Assembly (NCBI GenBank): GCA_028110365.1
Contig: JAOGVT010000004.1
Span: 4,926 to 68,925 of the forward strand
DNA length: 64,000 nt
From: Flavobacteriales bacterium
GTDB lineage: Bacteria; Bacteroidota; Bacteroidia; Flavobacteriales; UBA7430
Direction: 5' to 3'
The position numbers and the translations under genes were made by a program. Position 1 is the stretch's first letter. Each line of letters opens with the position of its first letter. The notes beneath the pieces were generated by a model. That model had not been told where the DNA came from, searched no databases, and was given only the letters and a program-made list of their open reading frames with translations. This document shows positions 17,495 to 25,268 of the stretch, one piece after another.

Positions 17495-17509
17495 GTACAA
17501 CAATACATC

Positions 17510-17631
17510 AAGAGTTACTCTGAGTATGCCAACCGATCCTTTCCGGGCACGGTGGATTGAATGTGAAGCAATCTGCTTAAAAACAAAGGAATTCCTTTCA
17601 CATTGTTCTTGGTGTTTAAATTTATTTAAAC
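17510..17631 (+). ncRNA. structured RNA-like element A2 (paralogue of A1); abuts the ORF start
   Basis: It has the same 5' block, with predicted stems UCC/GGG, AAUGUGA/UCACAUU and AAGC/GCUU plus an A-rich tail. A U-rich tract follows, then the ATG at 17632. Confidence 0.4.
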
Positions 17632-18147
17632 ATGAATGAGATGAAATCAGAAATCAAAGAAATTAGAACCATTAGTGGTGAACTTATCGATTTTGTATGG
17701 GGCCTAGATGATCATACCCCAATCGAAATTTTTTACCGTGATGGAAGTCGTGAACTCAATTGTACTCCGTTTAAGTTAAAAGAGCCTGCTCGGTTTTATA
17801 CAAATCGTGCAGCTGTTGTTCATAGAGCATGGCGAGAAAAAATGGATAAAAAGAGAGAATTTATGGATCGATATGAATCGGTTTATTTTCAGAAGTTCCC
17901 TCGCAAGTATTATGAGCGTAAAATTGCTTTAACCATGCAAGAACGCAATCAAGAAAACAAACGATTTGCTTTAAATATAGAAAGTCTAAAGGAGAATTCC
18001 GATGTAATACGATTTGCTATGCCAAGTATGTGTGCAGCTAGCTTCAGTGTAGAAAAAGAATGGCTTCAAAAAAAATCAGGATGGAACTATAGAGTAAAAA
18101 TTAATGCTGAAATTTTAAAAGATGGAAAAATCCAAAAGTCAATTTAA
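17632..18147 (+). CDS. hypothetical 171-aa protein (phage-like); N-terminal 107 codons are duplicated at 34.9 kb
   Basis: ORF with no motif recognised. Its 5' part is inside the direct repeat. Confidence 0.5.
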   Translation: MNEMKSEIKEIRTISGELIDFVWGLDDHTPIEIFYRDGSRELNCTPFKLKEPARFYTNRAAVVHRAWREKMDKKREFMDRYESVYFQKFPRKYYERKIALTMQERNQENKRFALNIESLKENSDVIRFAMPSMCAASFSVEKEWLQKKSGWNYRVKINAEILKDGKIQKSI

Positions 18148-18418
18148 AGTAGGGGATAAGGTGCTTTGTATGAACGATGCATTTAGTGTTAAAGACCCGC
18201 AAGTGATGTTTATGAATTTTCCTAAAAAGGGTCGTGAATATACGATTCGTGGTTTTTGTGGTCTTGGAATATCTATGTGGTTAGAAGAAATAGTAAACCA
18301 ACCCTTACCTGGACGAAATGAAATATGGTTTTACAATTGGCATTTCAGGAAAAAAGAAAATTTGCTGATTAAAATTAAAGCATCTAAAACGAAAGTCAAA
18401 GAATTAGAATTAGTCTAG
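18122..18418 (+). CDS. small 98-aa protein, paralogue of the next ORF
   Basis: Shares FKVGDKVLCMNDAF..FPKKGREYTIR..WLEEI with FKKGDKVLCLNSDF..FPSGAKVYIVR..YLEHI in the next ORF. Confidence 0.5.
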   Translation: MEKSKSQFKVGDKVLCMNDAFSVKDPQVMFMNFPKKGREYTIRGFCGLGISMWLEEIVNQPLPGRNEIWFYNWHFRKKENLLIKIKASKTKVKELELV

Positions 18419-18733
18419 ATGTCATTTATTAAAAACCTTAAAATTAAAATTATGAAATTTAAAAAAGGTGATAAGGTATTGTGCTTGAATTCAGATTTCG
18501 AGAAAAAAGTACCAAATGCAAAATTTCCTTCAGGAGCTAAAGTTTATATTGTAAGGTCATATTCAGAAGAATGGGACACGTTATACTTGGAGCATATTTA
18601 TAACCCAAAATTATATACAAAAAAAGGGATGTGTGAAATTGGTTTTGCTTCCTGGCGCTTTGCTTTATTAAAAGACGATATTAATTATCAAAAATTTGAC
18701 AATCCAGGTAAATGGAGAAAAATTAGATTTTAA
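18419..18733 (+). CDS. small 104-aa protein, paralogue of the previous ORF
   Basis: See the previous entry. It starts immediately after the preceding stop. Confidence 0.5.
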   Translation: MSFIKNLKIKIMKFKKGDKVLCLNSDFEKKVPNAKFPSGAKVYIVRSYSEEWDTLYLEHIYNPKLYTKKGMCEIGFASWRFALLKDDINYQKFDNPGKWRKIRF

Positions 18734-18839
18734 GTTAAATACTAAGCTATGAGTTTTACAGAGATTTCTAATCTTACTGTTGGTGTTCTTTTTCTATTTT
18801 GGTTTATAAGACGAATGTTTAATGATTTAAAATAATTTC

Positions 18840-19634
18840 ATGAAAGAACTCTCTTTAATAGAACTTGTGGAGTCTGATAATTTTTCTTCAATTTCAAGTG
18901 AGTATATGTGTTTTCAAAAATCAGTCAAAGGTGTTTTCCCAAGCAATGTAATAGCATCTAGATTATTTAGAGAATTAATAGATCATTACAGCTTGTCAAA
19001 ATTAACTGATAATCAATTAATTGAAGGGTTAAACCTATTTGTTAAAACTCCAAATTTAACTAGTGATAGACAAAAAATACTTTTAAAGGAATTTAAATAT
19101 AGACGTATAGATTTTAGTGATATTTTCAATGAAGGTAGATTAATGCATTACAAAGTTCGACTTGAAGGAAAGAATATTGTAATTGCTGGAGATGTATCGG
19201 CTATTTATAAAGCTAAGATTTATGATCAAGCTGCACGAATGAATAATGATATAGATAAAGCTATCCATTATTCAACTAAGGCAATAGAATTAGATTCAAC
19301 TAAATTTGCTTATTGGTTTTTTAGAGGTATTTTACATACAAGAATACCCCCATCACAAAGGTGGTATTACTATGAAGATAACCCTAATGAGTTTAAAATT
19401 AGAATGCAAAATGCGTTAGATGATTTTGATAGATCTATTAGTCTTGTAGACTCTAAAAAGTTTCATGCAATAGCTCATGCAAGAAAAGCCGAAGTCCTCC
19501 ATAGATTGGAAAAAAAACAAAAAACTATTGAGGAAATTACAAAATCATTAAAAGCTGATTACTCAAATAAAGGCATCGACTTTATTTTAAATAAATTGAA
19601 AATTTCAAGACAAAAAATATTGATTGTTAAATAA
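18840..19634 (+). CDS. hypothetical 264-aa protein with TPR-like C-terminal half
   Basis: The segment AIHYSTKAIELDSTKFAYWFFRGILH resembles a TPR. Confidence 0.4.
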   Translation: MKELSLIELVESDNFSSISSEYMCFQKSVKGVFPSNVIASRLFRELIDHYSLSKLTDNQLIEGLNLFVKTPNLTSDRQKILLKEFKYRRIDFSDIFNEGRLMHYKVRLEGKNIVIAGDVSAIYKAKIYDQAARMNNDIDKAIHYSTKAIELDSTKFAYWFFRGILHTRIPPSQRWYYYEDNPNEFKIRMQNALDDFDRSISLVDSKKFHAIAHARKAEVLHRLEKKQKTIEEITKSLKADYSNKGIDFILNKLKISRQKILIVK

Positions 19635-19745
19635 ATGCTATTGAAAATTAACTGCAATTTTAAGAGGTTAATACAAATTGTGAATCGGTTAGAAAAATCT
19701 ATGAAAACTGATTAAGTTTCATTAGATGATGTGTTTGTAAACTCT

Positions 19746-20693
19746 TTATATTCGATTCATGTTTTTTACTATAGTTTCAATAAGCGATTTATTCTGTAGG
19801 CATCTAGTCCAATTATCTGGAATTGAATCAAAACCATAAAATAAACCGGCTAAACTACCAGTAATTGCTCCGTTTGTATCTGTGTCTTCACCAAGGTTTA
19901 TTGCCTTGAGAACTGCATTTTTATAGGAAGATGTTGTTAGAAATGACCAGATAGAACATTCAAGACTATGAATTACATAGCCACTTGATTTTATAGAGTC
20001 TTCATTAAGTTTTGTAATGTCATGATTTAAAATTCTATCAAAATGGACTCGCTCATTTGTGAAATTCTGATTTTTATTAAAAAAATCATTCATTCTTTTC
20101 TTCAATTTAGAATAAGCCTCGGATTTAGTTAATTGATTTGTCAATTCATTGCAAAAAATTAAATATGTCAAACATGAAATAGAAGAACGAATGTGACCAT
20201 GAGTAAGTGCTGAAATATCGTTTATTAAATCAAAGTTATCTTCTTCTTTTTTTTTGCTATTTTTAAAATAAAACAAAAGTGGCAGAATCCGCATCAATGA
20301 ACCATTTCCATTTTGTTTCTCATCAATTGAATAACGAGGTATTTTAAGATTATTTTGTATTGCATTTTTTAAATAGATGAGTGAATTTCGGGTTGTAAAA
20401 CCAATGTCAAAAACTTCACCATTAGCAGTGTAACTTGAATTATCCATCCAGCTGATCATCTTTTTAGAAATATCAATGAGATCTAATTCATCTCCTATTG
20501 CATCTAATAAACACAGCATTAAACTTGTATCATCAGACCATGTTCCTTTTGGTTGATCATGAGTTCCATAGGATAGCATTCCTTCAAGAGGTTCTATTCT
20601 TAATGTACTCCTTGAGCAAAACTCAACCGGAACTCCTAGTGCATCTCCAACAATGAAACCATAAATACTGCCTGTAATTTGATTTTTATCCAT
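19746..20693 (-). CDS. ADP-ribosylglycohydrolase (ARH/DraG family)
   Basis: N-terminus ITGSIYGFIVGDALGVPVEF, then WSDDTSLMLCLLDAI, and C-terminal LGEDTDTNGAITGSLAGLFYG. Confidence 0.8.
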   Translation of the reverse strand: MDKNQITGSIYGFIVGDALGVPVEFCSRSTLRIEPLEGMLSYGTHDQPKGTWSDDTSLMLCLLDAIGDELDLIDISKKMISWMDNSSYTANGEVFDIGFTTRNSLIYLKNAIQNNLKIPRYSIDEKQNGNGSLMRILPLLFYFKNSKKKEEDNFDLINDISALTHGHIRSSISCLTYLIFCNELTNQLTKSEAYSKLKKRMNDFFNKNQNFTNERVHFDRILNHDITKLNEDSIKSSGYVIHSLECSIWSFLTTSSYKNAVLKAINLGEDTDTNGAITGSLAGLFYGFDSIPDNWTRCLQNKSLIETIVKNMNRI

Positions 20694-20808
20694 TTTGTTT
20701 CTTAAAATTCAATTATATATAACCAAACTATTGATTGTTTTATTTGTTTTAAAGATGAAAATCTTTTAATTTAAGATAAATTTTTACACTAATATAAACT
20801 TAAAAATT

Positions 20809-21123
20809 ATGAACAAAAATAATTTATTTCTCGAGCAGGATATACCTATTTTTGATATGGATGAGATAGATGTAAGTACCGATGAATTAAATAAAATTAT
20901 TAAATCAAAAGCACTTTCTGTATTTGTTGATGATTTACCTGCTCATATTTTTATTCGACAGCGGAAAGGATTTATGTCAAATGAAAAAGTGGTAATAATT
21001 TTCGAAGAAAAAAATGAAAGATGGCCTGATGGATTTCATACAAAATATTATATGATTAATACACCTGGAGTTCTCGAATGGGGTCATAACGGTGAAAAGA
21101 TGTCTATTGTTAGACGAACTTAA
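20809..21123 (+). CDS. hypothetical 104-aa protein
   Basis: ORF only. Confidence 0.4.
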   Translation: MNKNNLFLEQDIPIFDMDEIDVSTDELNKIIKSKALSVFVDDLPAHIFIRQRKGFMSNEKVVIIFEEKNERWPDGFHTKYYMINTPGVLEWGHNGEKMSIVRRT

Positions 21124-21224
21124 AAACTTAAGTGCTTATTTAGAAAACAATTATTGATATTAGAAGTAAATGAGTTATCATTCCAATAAAAAAGAAGAGT
21201 ATTTCCATAAAGCAATTAAAAATT

Positions 21225-21890
21225 TTGAGATTTCGTATCTCTGCTAAAGAACTTAAGCACGGTATAACAGATCCAAATCATAAGGAAAATTGGCAATTGT
21301 TTGAACCCTCAAAGTTTATATATTCATTTTTTGCATTTGATATGATTTGTTCTATTGATTGGGCGAAGTCAATTATGAAAAAGAACTTAGTTTACTTAAA
21401 TGGAGGTATATTTAAAAATAAACTTAATAATTTACTGGATTTCCTTCATGCTAATAATTGTATTGATTTTAGAGAATGTTATTCCCAATTTGATCCTAGA
21501 TTCAAATTATTAGAAAATTCAAAAAAAATTCAACTTGATTTTAATATTAGAAAATATGATAATTCTAAATATGGACAAGGGAACACCATAATGTCAAATT
21601 ATATAACATCTGCTGATAATTTAGCAGAAGGCAATTTTGAAATCGATTCTCATTATAAATTACTTTTTTTTACATATCAGATTAGAAATAATATTTTTCA
21701 TGGTACGAAGACTATAAGCCACATGTTACTAGACGAACAAAGAGAGAGACTTATTGACTATACAAATATATTATTATCAACTCTAGAGCAGCTATTTAAC
21801 ATACTAGAAAAGGAAATTGATTATTATCGCTCTGATTCATCTGATATAGTAGAAAATTTACCTAGCACATATCGAAGTTTAATGATATAA
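21225..21890 (+). CDS. HEPN-like (Abi/Apea-type) protein; start uncertain
   Basis: R-x4-H motif in FFTYQIRNNIFHGTK. The track start is TTG. A 25-codon ATG ORF (21170-21247) overlaps it in another frame. Confidence 0.4.
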   Translation: MRFRISAKELKHGITDPNHKENWQLFEPSKFIYSFFAFDMICSIDWAKSIMKKNLVYLNGGIFKNKLNNLLDFLHANNCIDFRECYSQFDPRFKLLENSKKIQLDFNIRKYDNSKYGQGNTIMSNYITSADNLAEGNFEIDSHYKLLFFTYQIRNNIFHGTKTISHMLLDEQRERLIDYTNILLSTLEQLFNILEKEIDYYRSDSSDIVENLPSTYRSLMI

Positions 21891-21912
21891 TATATTTATT
21901 TTGAGTTGAATT

Positions 21913-21939
21913 AGTCTGTTCCAACGGACTTCTATTTTG
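21913..21939 (+). terminator. hairpin AGTCTGTT-cc-AACGGACT followed by T-rich run
   Basis: Lies between the convergent HEPN ORF and the methyltransferase gene. Confidence 0.4.
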
Positions 21940-21953
21940 TCAATACAAAAATC

Positions 21954-23198
21954 TTATCGATTTAGAGTAAAGTAAATTGCAATTGCTATATTTTTTGCCA
22001 TCATTGGTGGAACTGCATTGCCGATCATTTTATAATTATAACCCATTCTTTCTTTAAAAATAAAATCCTCAGGAAAAGATTGAAGAGATGCTGCTTCTCT
22101 AACTGTAATTGATCTTGATTGTTTTTCATCGGGATGAATAAACATCAACCCATCTTTGTATAGATGTGCTACAATAGTAGGGGAGGGCTTATTCCAATCA
22201 AGACTTCTGTATTTTCCGTGTGAAGATTTTTTCCCTACTAAATCATTATAGAATTTAATTTTTACATCAGAATTCCAACTATTCATATTGTTTTTTAGCC
22301 AATTTGAAAAGACTTTTATATCACGCTGATTTTGATATCTTGGAATTAGGTCATCGCTAAGATCAATATTCTCTATAGCCTTATATGAAGTCTTTCGACC
22401 ATATATTTTTTCAGTTTTATTTGAGGGCTTAAATTTTGGTAAATGAGATATAGCGTGGTGAACAGTGGAGTGCTTTTTTACAAATTGTTTTTTAATTTCA
22501 TTGTAAATTGAGTGTAGCTTTAGATCACTAGAATTCGCTGTTTTAATTCCAATAATAATAACTCTATTTCTTTTTTGAGGAACTCCTAAATCAGCTGCAG
22601 AGAATACAGCATTTTTAAGATCTTTAGAAGGAGGAATTTCGTAGCCTATTTTTTTAAATGCTTCATAAATTCGTTCTGTTACAGGTTTTCCTCCAGGCTG
22701 GGCACTTAACATTCCGGGTACATTTTCAAAGACAAATACAGTTGGTCTAAATTCATCAACTACTTTAACAAAACTCTCAAACAAGTAGTTTCTGTAGTCA
22801 TCTTTCATGGAGTTTTTATCCTGAGCTCTTCCTGCAATCGAATAGGCTTGACATGGAGGACCTCCAATGATTAGATCAACCTTTTTATTGCCAACTAAAG
22901 AGCGAAGACCACCATTTATTATTTGCTTGTGATTTGTTGCTCCATAATTTTTTAAAGTTCCCTTTCCCCAATTTCCATTAATTAATTCCTTTGTCTTTTG
23001 AATGTCAAAATGAATAACTCGTTTAAGAGAATCTTCATTGGAGTGTTTCCAACGATCTGTTAGACGATGACGAAGCGTTCTAACCATTGGTATTTCCCAT
23101 TCAACATGAGCCAACCCTTCATACTTATTAGAAGATAAAAACCCTTCGGAGAGACCTCCGCAACCTGCAAATAAATCAATGAAAGTCAATTTCTTCAT
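21954..23198 (-). CDS. DNA (cytosine-5)-methyltransferase
   Basis: Motifs FIDLFAGCGGLSEGF (I), GGPPCQAYS (IV), ENVPGM (VI), QKRNRVIIIG (VIII) and GNAVPP (X). Confidence 0.9.
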   Translation of the reverse strand: MKKLTFIDLFAGCGGLSEGFLSSNKYEGLAHVEWEIPMVRTLRHRLTDRWKHSNEDSLKRVIHFDIQKTKELINGNWGKGTLKNYGATNHKQIINGGLRSLVGNKKVDLIIGGPPCQAYSIAGRAQDKNSMKDDYRNYLFESFVKVVDEFRPTVFVFENVPGMLSAQPGGKPVTERIYEAFKKIGYEIPPSKDLKNAVFSAADLGVPQKRNRVIIIGIKTANSSDLKLHSIYNEIKKQFVKKHSTVHHAISHLPKFKPSNKTEKIYGRKTSYKAIENIDLSDDLIPRYQNQRDIKVFSNWLKNNMNSWNSDVKIKFYNDLVGKKSSHGKYRSLDWNKPSPTIVAHLYKDGLMFIHPDEKQSRSITVREAASLQSFPEDFIFKERMGYNYKMIGNAVPPMMAKNIAIAIYFTLNR

Positions 23199-24601
23199 TG
23201 TGTCATTTTATTTAGTGTGTCAATGAATTGCTCTGCAATAATACTAGCAAGAGCTGGAGGTACCGCATTGCCTATTTGCTTGAATTGGTTTCGAGTGCTT
23301 CCAGTGAAAAAATACCAATCTGGAAATGATTGAATTCTAGCAGCTTCTCTAGGTGTAATACTTCTAGGCTTTTCTCCAGGATGAACATAAGAGTTTCCAT
23401 CTGTCTCAAGATGTGCTATTATTGTCTTTGACACTGAGTTTGGATTTAGTTTAAAGTATTTGTCTCCAAATCCTTTTACTTGTTTTTCACCTTTTTCATT
23501 TATGTGAACTCCATAGGTGACTTTAGACAGTGCTTTTTTGTTCACAGGATCATTTAGGTACTTCCCTGGAACTAAATTCTTGTATATAAATAAATCTCTT
23601 TTGTTATGATATCTTGATTTGTGATTAAATAGGAAGGGTGTTTTTATTTTTTTACCCTTGTAATTATTAATCAATTTTAGGTATTTCTTGTTGCTATTAG
23701 ACAGGAGTTTATTGTATGTAATCTCTGAGATGTTCTTTCCAAAACACTTAGAATTTGAATAAGATACTTCACTTTCTTCTTTGTAATTATTAGGTTTTGG
23801 ATTTGCAGAAATTTTAGGCAAGTCACCAATCACATCATTAACACATAAGTTGCTTGTTTTTTGATCTAATATTGCCTTAAAAACATCTACTGCTTTTATG
23901 CTATTATTTTCAGCTAGATCTTTTCTGATTCCTATGAAAAATATTCTTTCTCTATGTTGAGCTAATCCAAAATCTTTCGCATTTAAAACCTCAGATGATA
24001 CATCATATCCGAACTCTCCGGTATTCTTAAGAGCTATTTCAATTAAGTCTCTATAACCTGATGCTGAAACCAAACCTTTTACATTTTCAATCAACACAAT
24101 TTTTGGATTTAATTTCTCAGCAAACTTTAGATAGTACTTGAAAAGTTGATTTCTAGGATCGTCAATAAATCCTTTAGCTCTTTCTTCGGCTGTCATCTTT
24201 TTTGATCTCCCAATCATAGAAAAGCCTTGACAGGGGGGGCCACCAACTAATACATCTGTTGACTTAATGTTATGAAGTATGTTCTGTACGTCTATATTCT
24301 CTTTTAGTGAATCAGTCTTTCTTTTTAGCTCTTCCTCTCTGTTGGTTTTAACTACTGCATGACCAACAACTTCTTTTTTTACTTTTTCTAATCCAAGAAA
24401 CTCATAAAGTTCAATGATATCTCCTAGTACAACTTTACTTTTATCTGTCTTAGGATGAGTTTGCTTTAAATTGTGTTTTAATGTGTTTAGTGCAGGTCTT
24501 GAAATATCATTTGCCAAGTCAAGGTGAAAACCTTTATTACCAAAGCCAACTGTAAGTCCGCCAGCTCCGCAAAACATGTCTATATATGAGTAATTTTTCA
24601 T
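23195..24601 (-). CDS. DNA (cytosine-5)-methyltransferase (second, distinct)
   Basis: Motifs DMFCGAGGLTVGF, GGPPCQGFS, IENVKGL, QHRERIFFIG and GNAVPP. A 4-nt ATGA overlap with the downstream MTase suggests translational coupling. Confidence 0.9.
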   Translation of the reverse strand: MKNYSYIDMFCGAGGLTVGFGNKGFHLDLANDISRPALNTLKHNLKQTHPKTDKSKVVLGDIIELYEFLGLEKVKKEVVGHAVVKTNREEELKRKTDSLKENIDVQNILHNIKSTDVLVGGPPCQGFSMIGRSKKMTAEERAKGFIDDPRNQLFKYYLKFAEKLNPKIVLIENVKGLVSASGYRDLIEIALKNTGEFGYDVSSEVLNAKDFGLAQHRERIFFIGIRKDLAENNSIKAVDVFKAILDQKTSNLCVNDVIGDLPKISANPKPNNYKEESEVSYSNSKCFGKNISEITYNKLLSNSNKKYLKLINNYKGKKIKTPFLFNHKSRYHNKRDLFIYKNLVPGKYLNDPVNKKALSKVTYGVHINEKGEKQVKGFGDKYFKLNPNSVSKTIIAHLETDGNSYVHPGEKPRSITPREAARIQSFPDWYFFTGSTRNQFKQIGNAVPPALASIIAEQFIDTLNKMTQ

Positions 24602-24679
24602 TATCGCTAATATACATTTCTGCCTAAATTTAATTCACGTTTTCATAAAATAATTGCTAACAAATTATTTAAGCATGTT

Positions 24680-24705
24680 GACAATTGTCCGTTGTACAAT
24701 TGTCA
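24680..24705. promoter_or_regulatory. C-box-like double palindrome GACAATTGTC-N6-ACAATTGT
   Basis: Sequence tGACAATTGTCcgttgtACAATTGTca, 15-40 nt upstream of the controller-protein gene. Confidence 0.5.
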
Positions 24706-24719
24706 TCATTTAGATTACT

Positions 24720-24959
24720 TTGAATATGACAAAAATAAAGGCACTAATTGGTTTAAAAATCAAAGAATTAAGACAAAAGGAATCATTGTCTCAGGAGAAG
24801 CTTGCTGAGTTAGCAAATATTGATAGAACATATATTCATGATATAGAAAAGGGCTCTAGAAACATTTCCGTTTTTGTACTTGAGAAATTATGTAGTGCAC
24901 TGAAAATTAAATTGTCAGATTTATTTAATCAAATAGAATCTAATGAAAAGACTTATTAA
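24720..24959 (+). CDS. XRE-family HTH, R-M controller (C) protein-like; probable ATG at 24726
   Basis: The block LRQKESLSQEKLAELANIDRTYIHDIEKGSRNISVFVLEKLCSAL is a classic Cro/C1 HTH, and the protein has C-protein size. Confidence 0.7.
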   Translation: MNMTKIKALIGLKIKELRQKESLSQEKLAELANIDRTYIHDIEKGSRNISVFVLEKLCSALKIKLSDLFNQIESNEKTY

Positions 24960-25215
24960 AGAAATTATTCAATTCAGGGATGAAAGAGATTGGAAGCAAT
25001 TCCATACTCCTAAGAATTTAGCTTTAGCTATTTCAATCGAAGCAGCTGAATTAAATGAATTATTTCTATGGAAAAGTGATAATGAATCAACTCATGTTGA
25101 TTCAAATAAAATTTCAGATGAGCTTGCCGATGTACTTATTTATTCAATATTAATGGCTGATTCTATGGACTTTGATCTTGATGAAATTATTTTGTCAAAG
25201 TTAAAAAAGAATTGA
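24943..25215 (+). CDS. MazG-type nucleotide pyrophosphohydrolase (small, single-domain)
   Basis: FRDERDWKQFHTPKNLALAISIEAAELNELFLWK...ELADVLIY has the EEXXE-like metal motif. Confidence 0.7.
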   Translation: MKRLIKEIIQFRDERDWKQFHTPKNLALAISIEAAELNELFLWKSDNESTHVDSNKISDELADVLIYSILMADSMDFDLDEIILSKLKKN

Positions 25216-25268
25216 ATTAATTATCCCATTGAAAAATCTAAAGGATGTAGCAAAAAATACACTGATCT

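Larger units (their letters stand above)
17342..17952 (+). repeat. copy 1 of the ~0.6-kb direct repeat (leader elements plus the 5' 321 nt of the 171-aa ORF)
   Basis: It aligns by eye base-for-base with 34611-35215, with scattered substitutions and small indels. Confidence 0.9.

Noticed and set aside
17346-18147. Type III toxin-antitoxin (ToxIN-like) reading: tandem RNA repeats, then a terminator, then a 171-aa ORF
   Set aside because: The layout is superficially similar and ToxN is also about 170 aa. However, the repeat units here are about 165 nt apart rather than 34-40 nt. Only two copies exist, the terminator sits between them rather than after them, and the ORF shows no resemblance to the ToxN/AbiQ sequences I remember.
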